This document shows positions 9,523-18,819 of a stretch of 52,842 nucleotides of DNA, one piece after another. The stretch's first letter is position 1; every line of letters begins with the position of its first letter. This stretch comes from Methanobacteriota archaeon (lineage in GTDB: Archaea; Undinarchaeota; Undinarchaeia; Undinarchaeales; Undinarchaeaceae). The notes under the pieces are model-generated. The model was not told the DNA's origin and made no database searches. It was given only the letters and a program-made list of their open reading frames with translations. The DNA is taken from the NCBI GenBank assembly GCA_002687935.1, contig NZBN01000003.1:1-52842 (forward strand), read 5' to 3'. The translations under genes and the position numbers were made by a program.

Positions 9523-9651
9523 ATGGAACAAGCCGGAATATGTCAAAACTGCAAAAAAGAGCTCGCATCTTCACCATGCCCAGTCTGCAAACTTAACCTT
9601 TGCTCAGAATGCAAAAGCTCTCACAGTTGTATGTCTTCAAATAAGAGTTAG
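9523..9651 (+). CDS. Small Cys-rich zinc-finger protein, 42 aa (not in the ORF track)
   Basis: MEQAGICQNCKKELASSPCPVCKLNLCSECKSSHSCMSSNKS, pattern CxxC-x8-CxxC-x4-CxxC-x3-HxC. TTTTTAATA box at 9492-9500, about 22 nt upstream. Confidence 0.7.
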   Translation: MEQAGICQNCKKELASSPCPVCKLNLCSECKSSHSCMSSNKS

Positions 9652-9897
9652 AGCAAGCTGTTCAATACTGCTGACTCCTTCTGTTTCAGATAGTTGTTTT
9701 TCAACAGAGTCAGGGTCACTCTTTGGATCCTTGTCATCCAGAATAAAAGTTGCAATAATCTGCTCCATTCCATATATAAACGGCTTTTTCTCAAGAGTTT
9801 CGAAATAAGGAACACCCCTTATACATTCTTCAAGCTTATCCATATCAACATCCGGTCCGTCCGGCCTTACTGCATAAATCAATGCTGCTTTTCCCAT
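9637..9897 (-). CDS. ef1b: Translation elongation factor aEF-1beta
   Basis: 86 aa: V-x-PDGPDVDMDKL...KPFIYGM...DSVEKQLSETEGVSSIE, the archaeal EF-1beta pattern. Confidence 0.85.
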   Translation of the reverse strand: MGKAALIYAVRPDGPDVDMDKLEECIRGVPYFETLEKKPFIYGMEQIIATFILDDKDPKSDPDSVEKQLSETEGVSSIEQLALTLI

Positions 9898-9980
9898 AGC
9901 GATTTGATATAATCACAGCGCTTAATAATACTTTCCCAGTACCTCTAAAAGCTTTTTAACAATCCTTTTAAGGACAAAAA

Positions 9981-10658
9981 GTGATAGGAAAACGGGAAAT
10001 GGTAATCATACTACTAAATTTAAAAGCCTATGAACAGGGCATCGGAGAAAAGGCAGAGGAGCTTGCCCGTATAGCTGGGGAACTTGCTGAGTCTTCAGGC
10101 AGTCGAATAATCATATCTCCACAGGCTACCGATATTGCCTCACTTTCAAAAAATATCGAAACATTTTCCCAGCACGTAGATTCTTCACCTATGGGAGCAC
10201 AAACAGGCTCAATTCTTCCGGAATCAGCAAAGGCAGCAGGAGCTACAGGAAGTCTTCTGAATCATGCCGAGAGACAGATTTCTGAAGAAGAAATAAAATC
10301 TGGAATTGAACGTCTTACAGCACTTGGAATGGAAAGCATGGTATGTGCAAGCACTCCGGAACTCGCTGCAAAATACGCAGAATACAATCCGACTTACATA
10401 GCAATAGAGCCCCCTGAATTAATAGGGAGTGGTATTTCAGTTTCAACAGCCAACCCTGACATAGTAACAAATAGTATAGAGCAGGTAAAAGCAGTAAATC
10501 CAAATGTCAAAGTTGTCTGCGGTGCAGGAATCTCTACTGGTGAAGATGTCAGAAAAGCAATAGAACTCGGTTCAGAAGGAGCTCTTGCCGCAAGCGCCTT
10601 CGTAAAGGCAGAAAATCCAAGGGCAGTTCTTGAAGATTTAATTGGAGGATTAAAATGA
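9981..10658 (+). CDS. tpiA: Triosephosphate isomerase, archaeal type
   Basis: LNLKAY; FSQHVD; GSLLNHAERQ; IAIEPPELIGSG; VVCGAGIS; ALAASAFVKA. Start is GTG 9981 or ATG 9999. Confidence 0.97.
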   Translation: MIGKREMVIILLNLKAYEQGIGEKAEELARIAGELAESSGSRIIISPQATDIASLSKNIETFSQHVDSSPMGAQTGSILPESAKAAGATGSLLNHAERQISEEEIKSGIERLTALGMESMVCASTPELAAKYAEYNPTYIAIEPPELIGSGISVSTANPDIVTNSIEQVKAVNPNVKVVCGAGISTGEDVRKAIELGSEGALAASAFVKAENPRAVLEDLIGGLK

Positions 10659-11875
10659 CGGACTTTAACACAATGGATAACTTCGATTTTTCAGGAAAAA
10701 CAGTGATAGCAAGGTTGGATCTGAACTCACCAATGGACCCACAGACAGGAGAGTTTCTGGATACCAGGAGAATAGAAAAACACGCAATAACTGTCAAAGA
10801 ACTTTCAGAAAAAGGAGCGAAAGTCGTTGTTCTTTCTCATCAGGGACGTCCGGGCTCAAGAGATTTTACAACTCTCAACTCTCACACAGAATATCTTCAG
10901 AAGGAGGTCGGGATTCCTATAGAATACATAGAAGGAGGTCTCATAAGTCCTGGTGTTGTTAGAAAAATAAAGGAAATGAAGGATGGTGAAATAATTTTAC
11001 TTGAAAACGTTCGTTTCCTTTCCGAAGAAAATATTTCACAGCCAGCAGATGTCCAGGCAAAAACACATTTCGTTGGAACACTTGCACCTCTTGCAGATAT
11101 CTATGTCGGAGATGCCTTTGCAACAGCCCACAGAAGCCAGTCTTCCTTAGTAGGTTTTCCTGAGATTCTTCCGTCCTGTGCAGGAAGGGTGATGGAAAGA
11201 GAACTTTCAATGCTGTCAGAGGCGAGAAATTCTGATGCAAGACCTAGTGTTTTTTCAGCTGGTGGCGCAAAGGTCCGAGATAGTCTGAAAGTGATTGCCC
11301 ATTTCCTTGACCGTGGAGTTGTGGATACAATTCTTACTTCTGGACTAGTCGCAAGTGTATTCCTCGTTGCAAAAGGTTACACAATAGACGGTCTAGAATA
11401 CATGGAAAATTATGATTCTCTTGTAAGAAAGGCAAAAGCACTCTACAACGACTATTCAGATAAAATACTTCTTCCTGAAGACCTTGCTGCAGATAAGTAT
11501 GGAAAACGATTGGAGATTCCTTTATCAGAACTTCCAATTCCCTACAAGATATCAGATATCGGAAGCAAGACAGCTGAAAAATATTCAGAAATTCTTCGTT
11601 CAGCAAAGACAATCATAGCAAATGGTCCTGCAGGAATATTCGAGGATGAAAATTTTGCCAAAGGAACCAATGAAATTGCCAAAGCAATCGCAGAGTCCGG
11701 TGGATTCACAGTTGTTGGTGGAGGACATATTGCAACTGCCATCCGCAAGTTAAATCTCGGAGATAAAATTACTCATATAAGCACAGGCGGTGGAGCCTGT
11801 ATACTCTTCTTGGCAGGTGAAAAACTCCCTGCTATCGAAGCCCTTAAGAAGGCAAAAGAACGAGAGGCTAAGTAA
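10655..11875 (+). CDS. pgk: Phosphoglycerate kinase
   Basis: RLDLNSP; LSHQGRPG; LLENVRF; DAFATAHRSQSS; GGAKV; NGPAGIFE; VVGGGH; HISTGGGA. Confidence 0.97.
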   Translation: MTDFNTMDNFDFSGKTVIARLDLNSPMDPQTGEFLDTRRIEKHAITVKELSEKGAKVVVLSHQGRPGSRDFTTLNSHTEYLQKEVGIPIEYIEGGLISPGVVRKIKEMKDGEIILLENVRFLSEENISQPADVQAKTHFVGTLAPLADIYVGDAFATAHRSQSSLVGFPEILPSCAGRVMERELSMLSEARNSDARPSVFSAGGAKVRDSLKVIAHFLDRGVVDTILTSGLVASVFLVAKGYTIDGLEYMENYDSLVRKAKALYNDYSDKILLPEDLAADKYGKRLEIPLSELPIPYKISDIGSKTAEKYSEILRSAKTIIANGPAGIFEDENFAKGTNEIAKAIAESGGFTVVGGGHIATAIRKLNLGDKITHISTGGGACILFLAGEKLPAIEALKKAKEREAK

Positions 11876-11876
11876 A

Positions 11877-12896
11877 ATGAGTAAGGTAAAAGTAGCAATC
11901 AATGGTTACGGAACAATTGGAAAAAGAGTAGCGGATGCAGTCAGTCTACAGGACGATATGGAGGTCCTCGGTGTAACAAAAACAAGACCAAATTTCGAAG
12001 CCCGCCTTGCAAATGACAGAAATTATCCTTTATACGGAATTTCAAAAGAAAGCGTTAAGTCCTTCGAAGAGGAAGATCTAAAAACAGAGGGACTTTCCGA
12101 CAGTCTTCTGGAAGCGGCGGACATAGTTGTTGACTGCACTCCTGGAAAAATCGGCGCAAAAAATAAAGAAGCCCTTTATATTCCTAAAAAACTCAAGGCA
12201 ATTTATCAAGGTGGGGAAAAGGCTTCAGTTGGAGATACAAGCTTCATCGCCCAGGTAAACTACATCTCTTCACTCGGAAAGGACCACATCAGAGTTGTCA
12301 GTTGTAATACAACTGGTCTGTCAAGAACTCTCGGTGCATTGTCATCAAATTTCACTATCGGAAATACCAGGGCCTTCCTCGTAAGGAGAAGCGCAGACCC
12401 AAGGGATTCTTCAAAAGGTCCAATAAATGCAATAATTCCTGATCCACTTAATGTTCCAAGTCACCACGGTCCTGATGTAAAGACAATTCTTCCGGAATTA
12501 AATGTTATAACTAGTGCTGTAAAAGTTCCGACAACGCTTATGCATCTTCATTCTCTAATGATAGAGCTAAAAGACGGAACTTCAGGAGAGGATATTAAAT
12601 CACTTCTCGAAAAAACACGAAGGGTAAAAGTTCTTCATTCAAAAGAAGGCTTCCGTTCAACAGCTGAACTTATAGAATACGCCCGTGACCTTGGTCGTTC
12701 AAGATATGACTTATATGAAAATATGATTTGGGAGGACTCAATCATCGTAAAGGACAGTGAGGCCTACCTTTTCCAGGGAATAGCCCAGGAATCAATTGTT
12801 GTCCCTGAGAATATAGACGCAATCCGTGCAGCTCTTGAACTGGAAACAGATGCAGAAAAAAGTATGGACAAAACAGACAAAGCACTTTCAATATAA
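11877..12896 (+). CDS. gap: Glyceraldehyde-3-phosphate dehydrogenase, archaeal (type II) phosphorylating
   Basis: VAINGYGTIGKRVADAV; VVDCTP; RVVSCNTTGL; PSHHGPDV; QESIVVPENIDAIRA. True start is the ATG at 11877, 1 nt after the pgk stop. Confidence 0.97.
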   Translation: MSKVKVAINGYGTIGKRVADAVSLQDDMEVLGVTKTRPNFEARLANDRNYPLYGISKESVKSFEEEDLKTEGLSDSLLEAADIVVDCTPGKIGAKNKEALYIPKKLKAIYQGGEKASVGDTSFIAQVNYISSLGKDHIRVVSCNTTGLSRTLGALSSNFTIGNTRAFLVRRSADPRDSSKGPINAIIPDPLNVPSHHGPDVKTILPELNVITSAVKVPTTLMHLHSLMIELKDGTSGEDIKSLLEKTRRVKVLHSKEGFRSTAELIEYARDLGRSRYDLYENMIWEDSIIVKDSEAYLFQGIAQESIVVPENIDAIRAALELETDAEKSMDKTDKALSI

Positions 12897-13240
12897 TGCC
12901 CTACAAACAAGCAATAGTTGTCAGAAAGGATCTCAAGCTCAGTCCTGGAAAGATGTCTGTCCAGGTTGCTCATGCTTCTGTCGAATCTCTCTGGAAAGCA
13001 GATGGAAAAATTGCATCAAAGTGGTCTGAAGAAGGTGCAAGAAAAGTTGCAGTATATGCGACAGACGAGAAAGAACTTCTTGAAATTTTTGAGAAAGCAA
13101 AATCAATGGGAATTCCCACAGCTCTTATAACAGATGCCGGAAAAACCGAAATTCCTCCTGGTACAAAGACAGCTGTTGGTATAGGTCCTGATACACAGGA
13201 AAACCTGAACAAAATAACTGGTACACTTACTCTTGTATGA
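12896..13240 (+). CDS. pth2: Peptidyl-tRNA hydrolase Pth2
   Basis: KQAIVVRKDLKLSPGKMSVQVAHAS; DAGKTEIPPGT-x-TAVGIGP. Confidence 0.95.
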   Translation: MPYKQAIVVRKDLKLSPGKMSVQVAHASVESLWKADGKIASKWSEEGARKVAVYATDEKELLEIFEKAKSMGIPTALITDAGKTEIPPGTKTAVGIGPDTQENLNKITGTLTLV

Positions 13241-14373
13241 AAAATATAGGAATTTTGGCGTACGCTACAAAATCAAAAGGGATAGGTGGAACTATCAAGG
13301 AGCTTCCGGAAGATTTTATGGTCCAGGAAATTCAAGAAGACAGAAGCACTTCCAGTTTTGAACCCTCAAAAGAACTGCCAAAATCTTCTGAAGAAGTCAA
13401 GGAATACACACATTTCACTTTAGTCAAGAGAGATTGGAATCAGGAACAGATTTTAAAACGAGTTGCCCGTCGGCTAGAGATATCAAGAAAACGTTTTTCG
13501 ACTTCAGGAACAAAAGACAAAAAAGCACTTACTGCCCAAAAAGTTTCTGCCTGGAAAATTTCTCCAAAAGAGCTCCTGAACGTCAGAATAAAAGACTGCG
13601 AACTGGGGGATTTTTCCTACTCTTCGGAAAAAATAGAACTCGGAGACCACTGGGGCAATCGTTTCACAGTAAAGCTTCTTGGAGCTTCGGGAAGTCCTGA
13701 AAAAACACTAAAAGAACTCGAAGAATTCGGAGGGATTCCAAATTTTTTCGGAGAACAGCGCTTTGGTCTGCGTCTTAACAATCATATTGTTGGAAAACAC
13801 ATACTGGAAGGTAATATAGAGTCTGCAGTCCACGAATTCCTTGCAGGAACTGGGGAAAGAGAATCAGAAGAAGGAAGGAAGGCCCGCGAAACTCTTGCAG
13901 AAAACTGGGGTGATTTTGGAAAAGCTCTGAAAGAATTTCCAGTCTATATGCGCTTTGAACGAGCTCTCCTCGACCATCTCAACATTCACCCAAATGATTA
14001 TGTCGGAGCTTTCAAAAAACTGTCAAAACAGACATACAAATTCTTCACTCACGCATATCAGAGCTACCTTTTCAACATAATTCTGAGCGAGCGCATCAAC
14101 AATGGCTCCAATCTAGATGGAAGTTCAAACATACTTGGCTATGAATCAGAACCAGATGAAGCTGAATCCACTCTTCTGGAAAAAGAAGGTCTGAATTTGA
14201 AAGATTTCAAAGTCAGTCAGTTCCCTGAGGCAAGCGTTCGTGGTGACATCCGAACTCATCTGGCAGAAATTGGAAATTTAAGCTGGGAAGATGAAAAAGA
14301 TATCAACCTTGGCTTTGACCTCAGGAAAGGGGCATACGCAACAATTCTTTTGAGGGAGGTTCAAAAGGCATAA
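13237..14373 (+). CDS. truD: tRNA pseudouridine(13) synthase TruD
   Basis: PEDFMVQE; GTKDKKALTAQ containing the catalytic Asp; GNRFTV; PNFFGEQRFG; FTHAYQSYLFN; FDLRKGAYAT. Confidence 0.93.
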   Translation: MKNIGILAYATKSKGIGGTIKELPEDFMVQEIQEDRSTSSFEPSKELPKSSEEVKEYTHFTLVKRDWNQEQILKRVARRLEISRKRFSTSGTKDKKALTAQKVSAWKISPKELLNVRIKDCELGDFSYSSEKIELGDHWGNRFTVKLLGASGSPEKTLKELEEFGGIPNFFGEQRFGLRLNNHIVGKHILEGNIESAVHEFLAGTGERESEEGRKARETLAENWGDFGKALKEFPVYMRFERALLDHLNIHPNDYVGAFKKLSKQTYKFFTHAYQSYLFNIILSERINNGSNLDGSSNILGYESEPDEAESTLLEKEGLNLKDFKVSQFPEASVRGDIRTHLAEIGNLSWEDEKDINLGFDLRKGAYATILLREVQKA

Positions 14374-14400
14374 ATACACACTGCCCTATGAAAACTCTCT

Positions 14401-16428
14401 ATGGCTGAGCAGGATTATTCAATTGATTTTTCAAAAATTGCTGAAAAACTCGTAAAGAATAAAAAAGTCATTTTCGTCGTTTTACTAGCCTTAGTACTTT
14501 TTTTCTCGGCATGGGTTCGTTTGATACCTGCAGATCAGTATTACTTGTCTGCGATGGACCCTTACTGGCATTATCGCCACTCAGCTGAAATAGTTGACCA
14601 CGGTTATCCGGGGACAGAATTAAGAGAAATAGATGGAAAGATGGTTCCTTGGGACTCCTTTCATAATGCTCCTTATGGTGGGGAGGCTTCAAAAGAGTTC
14701 TACCAATATTTCACAGCCTATAGTTACATGTATTTAGGGAAGTTCCTTGTTGCCGATTTAATGACTTGGGCTAAACTTACTCCGGTCTTTTTCGGAGTTC
14801 TCTCAGTTCTTTTCATGTACTTATTGGTCGCCCAACTATTCGGCAGAGGAGCAGGTCTCGGCGCAGCCTTCATGTTTTCTATGGCTCCATCCTTCCTTAT
14901 GCGAAGTGTTGCAGGGTTCGCAGATACGGACGCTCCGATAGCATTCTTCACTATACTCAGTTTCTACCTCTTCCTTCTTGCATGGGATAAGGAATCTTAC
15001 TTATGGGGAGCTTCAGCCGGTCTTTCTATGGGGCTGTTTGCATTCACTTGGGGTGGCTACAGATTCGCCCCGCTATTTATAACAGCGGCCGTTGGTTTCC
15101 ACGTGGTTTCCAAAATAACTCTTGCCTATGTCAGAAAAAAGAATGTTATTTCTGAACTTAAAACTCATCGCAAAAAATACATCGTTTTCGCTGTTTTCCT
15201 TCTTTCAATGTTTATATTCGTTACACTATTCAAAGGTATAGAGCTTGCAAAATTCTGGAGTGCGACAAGAGTGTTCTCTTCCCTGAAAGAAATGCAAAGA
15301 GAATCACTTGATACGGAAGTAAGAAATGTTTTCCTGACAGTTTCTGAAATGAGCCCAGGAAGTCTTGTAGAAATTGTAAGCCGCGTTCACATAATCTCAG
15401 TATTCCTTTTCTTCGCATTCCTCGCTCTTCTGCCCTTCGGTTTATGGAAAAAACTTTCAGGCAAATTCTTCCACTTGTCCTTCTTTACAATCTGGTTGGC
15501 TGCTACCTTCTATTCCTCTTTCACGGCTGTCCGTTTCATAGAAATGTTTGCAATACCGCTCGCTATCTTCAGTGGAATCGTAATTGCAGAAATGGTTTCT
15601 AAAATATCAAGCAAAAAACCAGTTATCTCTATCTTTGTGGTCGTTACGCTTATCGCACTTATTTTCTTCGTTCCAAATTACAATCTCAGCGGACCTTCAT
15701 ATTTCCAAACTTCAATCTCAATAGCAGGACAGTCAGGGCCGGGTGTTTCGGGTCCTTGGCTTGATTTCTTTGACTGGGTAAAAACAGAGACTCCAGAGGA
15801 TGCTATATTCGCAAGTTGGTGGGATCCTGGTCACGCTCTTACAGCTCTTGGTGAGCGTCCAGTTGTAGCTGATGGAAGTCAAAACGACGAACATGTCCAC
15901 GACTTAGCTATAATGTTCACATCAACTGATATGGATACTTCCCTGAGCCTTATGAAAGAGTACAATATCAGCTACTTCTTCACAAGTTCTGACCTTCTTC
16001 CAAAATATAGTGCAATAAGTTTCCTTGCTGGAGATCCTGACTACTATCCACAGGTTCCACTTTCACAGACAAGTCAACAAGGGGATACTACCGTTCTCGA
16101 GTACAGACTCAGCCAGACTGAAGCCGTTTATATTTCTTTAACAGGCCCAGTGGCCTCATCAACACTCCAGAGTGGCTATAATACAGTTCCAATACAAAGG
16201 CTTGTCGCCTTTTCAAATGGTCAAATTGTAAAATTCGAAACAGAAGCGGACGACGCGGTGGATTATATGATATATGTCCTTCCAGACTACCAATCCATTT
16301 TCCTACTTCCACCAAGGCTTGAAAATAATCTCCTCACACGTCTACATCTCTTCGCCGGCGCCGATGTTGAGGGTCTGGAATTCGTAAAGGACTTTGGCGG
16401 AACTATAAAAGTATTCAAAGTAGAATAA
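14401..16428 (+). CDS. aglB: Oligosaccharyltransferase AglB (STT3 family)
   Basis: About 13 TM helices; DPYWHYR; GFADTD; TVSE; WWDPG (WWDYG variant); VADG; DLLPKYSAI. Confidence 0.93.
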   Translation: MAEQDYSIDFSKIAEKLVKNKKVIFVVLLALVLFFSAWVRLIPADQYYLSAMDPYWHYRHSAEIVDHGYPGTELREIDGKMVPWDSFHNAPYGGEASKEFYQYFTAYSYMYLGKFLVADLMTWAKLTPVFFGVLSVLFMYLLVAQLFGRGAGLGAAFMFSMAPSFLMRSVAGFADTDAPIAFFTILSFYLFLLAWDKESYLWGASAGLSMGLFAFTWGGYRFAPLFITAAVGFHVVSKITLAYVRKKNVISELKTHRKKYIVFAVFLLSMFIFVTLFKGIELAKFWSATRVFSSLKEMQRESLDTEVRNVFLTVSEMSPGSLVEIVSRVHIISVFLFFAFLALLPFGLWKKLSGKFFHLSFFTIWLAATFYSSFTAVRFIEMFAIPLAIFSGIVIAEMVSKISSKKPVISIFVVVTLIALIFFVPNYNLSGPSYFQTSISIAGQSGPGVSGPWLDFFDWVKTETPEDAIFASWWDPGHALTALGERPVVADGSQNDEHVHDLAIMFTSTDMDTSLSLMKEYNISYFFTSSDLLPKYSAISFLAGDPDYYPQVPLSQTSQQGDTTVLEYRLSQTEAVYISLTGPVASSTLQSGYNTVPIQRLVAFSNGQIVKFETEADDAVDYMIYVLPDYQSIFLLPPRLENNLLTRLHLFAGADVEGLEFVKDFGGTIKVFKVE

Positions 16429-16523
16429 TTGCCAAGAGAAAGCTTTAATAATACACTTTACTAATGTTTGGTTTATGTGGTTTCCCAAAAAAGATACTAC
16501 ATATTATTAGCAGCTATAAGCTG

Positions 16524-16576
16524 TGGGCGCCTCCCCTTGTGCTTCGGCACAGACCACCACCGGGGGGCGCATCCCA
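16524..16576 (+). ncRNA. Candidate structured RNA element (GC-rich stem-loop with a cUUCGg tetraloop)
   Basis: UGGGCGCCUCCCC-UUGUGC-UUCG-GCACAG-ACCACCACC-GGGGGGCGCAUCCCA inside an AT-rich 190-nt intergenic region; function unknown. Confidence 0.45.
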
Positions 16577-16617
16577 TTCTCATAAGAGTTATAAAGCAGC
16601 TAATCAACCTCTAGAGC

Positions 16618-17856
16618 ATGAAAGTAAGTGTTATAGGAACTGGATATGTGGGCCTGATAAGTGGAGTGGGCTATGCCAGCCAGGGGCATGAGGTTATCTG
16701 CGTTGATGTCATAGAGGGAAAAGTCGCAAAAATAAACGCAGGCGAAGCCCCAATACACGAGGAAGGACTTCCTGAGCGACTAAAACAGGTTCTGGATTCG
16801 GGAAAGTTCAGAGCAACTAGTAATATTTCAGATGCTGTGGAAAACTCAGATATCTGCTTCATTTCTGTAGGTACACCCTCTGCCTCAGATGGTTCAATAG
16901 ACTTAAAATACATAGAACAGGCTTCAAAAGATCTCGGAACAGCACTAAAAAACAAAGATTCCTATTTCACAATTGTTGTTAAAAGCACAGTAACTCCTGG
17001 GACTACAGAAGAATGTGTAATAAAAAATGTAGAGGCAGCATCAGGCAAGAAAGCAGGACAAGATTTCGGTGTCTGTATGAATCCCGAATTCCTAAGGGAA
17101 GGAAAGGCAATAGAAGATTTCGATAATCCTGACAGAATAGTCATAGGAAGTTTCGATGAAAAAAGCGCAGAAGCTCTCAAAGAACTTAACAGTGCTTTTG
17201 ACTGTCCGGTTCTAGAAACTCCACTTTCAACAGCTGAAATGATAAAATACGTTAGCAATGCCTTCCTTGCGGTGAAAATTTCATACGCAAATGATGTTGC
17301 TGAATTCTGCAAGAAAATAGGAGCAGATCCATATGAAGTTTTCAAAGGAGTCGGAATGGACAAGCGCATTAATCCAGCTTTCTTCAACTCAGGTCTTGGT
17401 TGGGGTGGAAGCTGTTTTCCAAAAGATACAAAGGAATTCGCCGCCGCGGCAAAGAGAGAGGGTGCAAATCCACGAATTGTTGATGCTGCAATCGAGACGA
17501 ATAAAAAACTCCCCTCTAAATTAGTAGAGCTCGCTGGAGATATTTCAGGAAAAACTGTTGCAGTTCTTGGTCTCGCTTTCAAAGCCGGAACTGATGATGT
17601 TCGTGAATCACAGGCAGTCGAAGTTATAAAACTCCTCAACGATGGCGGAGCAAAGATACAGGCATATGACCCCGAAGCAGCAGAAGTCGAGGGTATAGAA
17701 AGAGCGGAAACAATGGAAAATGCTCTCGAAGGCGCTGACATCTGCCTTGTTCTGACTGAGTGGCCTGAATTCGAAAATGTTCCTTTCAGCGGAAAGATAA
17801 TCGACGGACGAAACATAGTAAAAAACAGAGAAAATTACGAGGGGCTCTTCTGGTAG
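16618..17856 (+). CDS. ugd: UDP-glucose/GDP-mannose 6-dehydrogenase
   Basis: VIGTGYVG; ISVGTP; VVKSTV; NPEFLREG; EMIKYVSNAFLAVKIS; GWGGSCFPKD; LGLAFK...DDVRES. Confidence 0.93.
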   Translation: MKVSVIGTGYVGLISGVGYASQGHEVICVDVIEGKVAKINAGEAPIHEEGLPERLKQVLDSGKFRATSNISDAVENSDICFISVGTPSASDGSIDLKYIEQASKDLGTALKNKDSYFTIVVKSTVTPGTTEECVIKNVEAASGKKAGQDFGVCMNPEFLREGKAIEDFDNPDRIVIGSFDEKSAEALKELNSAFDCPVLETPLSTAEMIKYVSNAFLAVKISYANDVAEFCKKIGADPYEVFKGVGMDKRINPAFFNSGLGWGGSCFPKDTKEFAAAAKREGANPRIVDAAIETNKKLPSKLVELAGDISGKTVAVLGLAFKAGTDDVRESQAVEVIKLLNDGGAKIQAYDPEAAEVEGIERAETMENALEGADICLVLTEWPEFENVPFSGKIIDGRNIVKNRENYEGLFW

Positions 17857-17877
17857 ATATATTAAAAAGAAGAACTA

Positions 17878-18819
17878 ATGGGACTTATGGCAAAAGCACT
17901 TGTAACAGGGGTCGCCGGTTTTATCGGTAGTACCTTGTCAGATACTCTGCTTGGACAGGGAAAGGACGTCATTGGAATTGACTGTTTCACAGACTATTAT
18001 GAGCGTTCTACTAAAGAGAAAAATCTTGAAAACTCAAAAGCAAATGAGAACTTTAACTTTCTTGAAATAGATTTATCTGAGGCAGAGCTTTCAGACGCAT
18101 TCAAGGAGGTTGATGTCGTTTACCATCTTGCCGCCCAGCCTGGAGTCCGCTACAGCTGGGAAAACTTTGATGTCTATCTTAAAAATAATATCAAGGCAAC
18201 ACAGAGAGTTCTGGAAGCAGCAAAAGAGTCCGGCTCACGAGTAATCTTCGCTTCATCCTCTTCAGTATATGGCGATGCTGAGCTTCCACTTACAGAGGAC
18301 ACAAAAGCAAGACCAGTATCTCCTTATGGCGCATCAAAACTGGCATGCGAACACCTCTGCAGAATCTACAGCGAATCCTTCAAAGTTCCGACAGTTTCTC
18401 TCAGATATTTTACAGTATATGGACCGCGGCAGCGCCCAGATATGGCGATTAATATTTTTACTCACAAAATCCTCGCCGGAGAGCCTATCAAAATATACGG
18501 AAGTGGCGAGCAAACTCGGGATTTCACATATGTCCAGGATATAGTTGACGGAACTATTGCCGCAGGAGAAAGCAGCCTCAGCAAGGATATCCTAAATATC
18601 GGCGGCGGTTCTCAAATAATGCTGAACGACCTTGTTTCAAAAATCGAAAAGGCACTTGGAAAAGAGGCCAAAATAGAGAAAGAAGGTTCACAACGCGGGG
18701 ATATGAAACACACAAAAGCTTCTCTTGACAGAGCAAAGAAAGACTTAGGTTATGAAGCAAAGGTTTCAATTGATGAAGGAATAAAAAGGTACACTGACTG
18801 GGTAGTTTCAAATGGATAA
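17878..18819 (+). CDS. NAD-dependent epimerase, probably UDP-glucuronate 4-epimerase-like
   Basis: GVAGFIG; HLAAQPGVRYSWEN; SSSSVYG; YGASK; RYFTVYGPRQRPDMA; TRDFTY. Start may be ATG 17887. Confidence 0.85.
   Translation: MGLMAKALVTGVAGFIGSTLSDTLLGQGKDVIGIDCFTDYYERSTKEKNLENSKANENFNFLEIDLSEAELSDAFKEVDVVYHLAAQPGVRYSWENFDVYLKNNIKATQRVLEAAKESGSRVIFASSSSVYGDAELPLTEDTKARPVSPYGASKLACEHLCRIYSESFKVPTVSLRYFTVYGPRQRPDMAINIFTHKILAGEPIKIYGSGEQTRDFTYVQDIVDGTIAAGESSLSKDILNIGGGSQIMLNDLVSKIEKALGKEAKIEKEGSQRGDMKHTKASLDRAKKDLGYEAKVSIDEGIKRYTDWVVSNG

Noticed and set aside
11790-11876. N-terminal extension of GAPDH in the ORF track
   Set aside because: Overlaps pgk by 86 nt; the conserved family start MSKVKVAING begins at ATG 11877.
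16524-16576. tRNA or tRNA-half interpretation of the hairpin
   Set aside because: No TTCRA T-loop, D-arm or anticodon arm on either strand; kept only as an unknown structured element.
16962-17816. 284-aa minus-strand ORF
   Set aside because: Lies entirely antisense to ugd; a shadow frame with no recognisable motifs.
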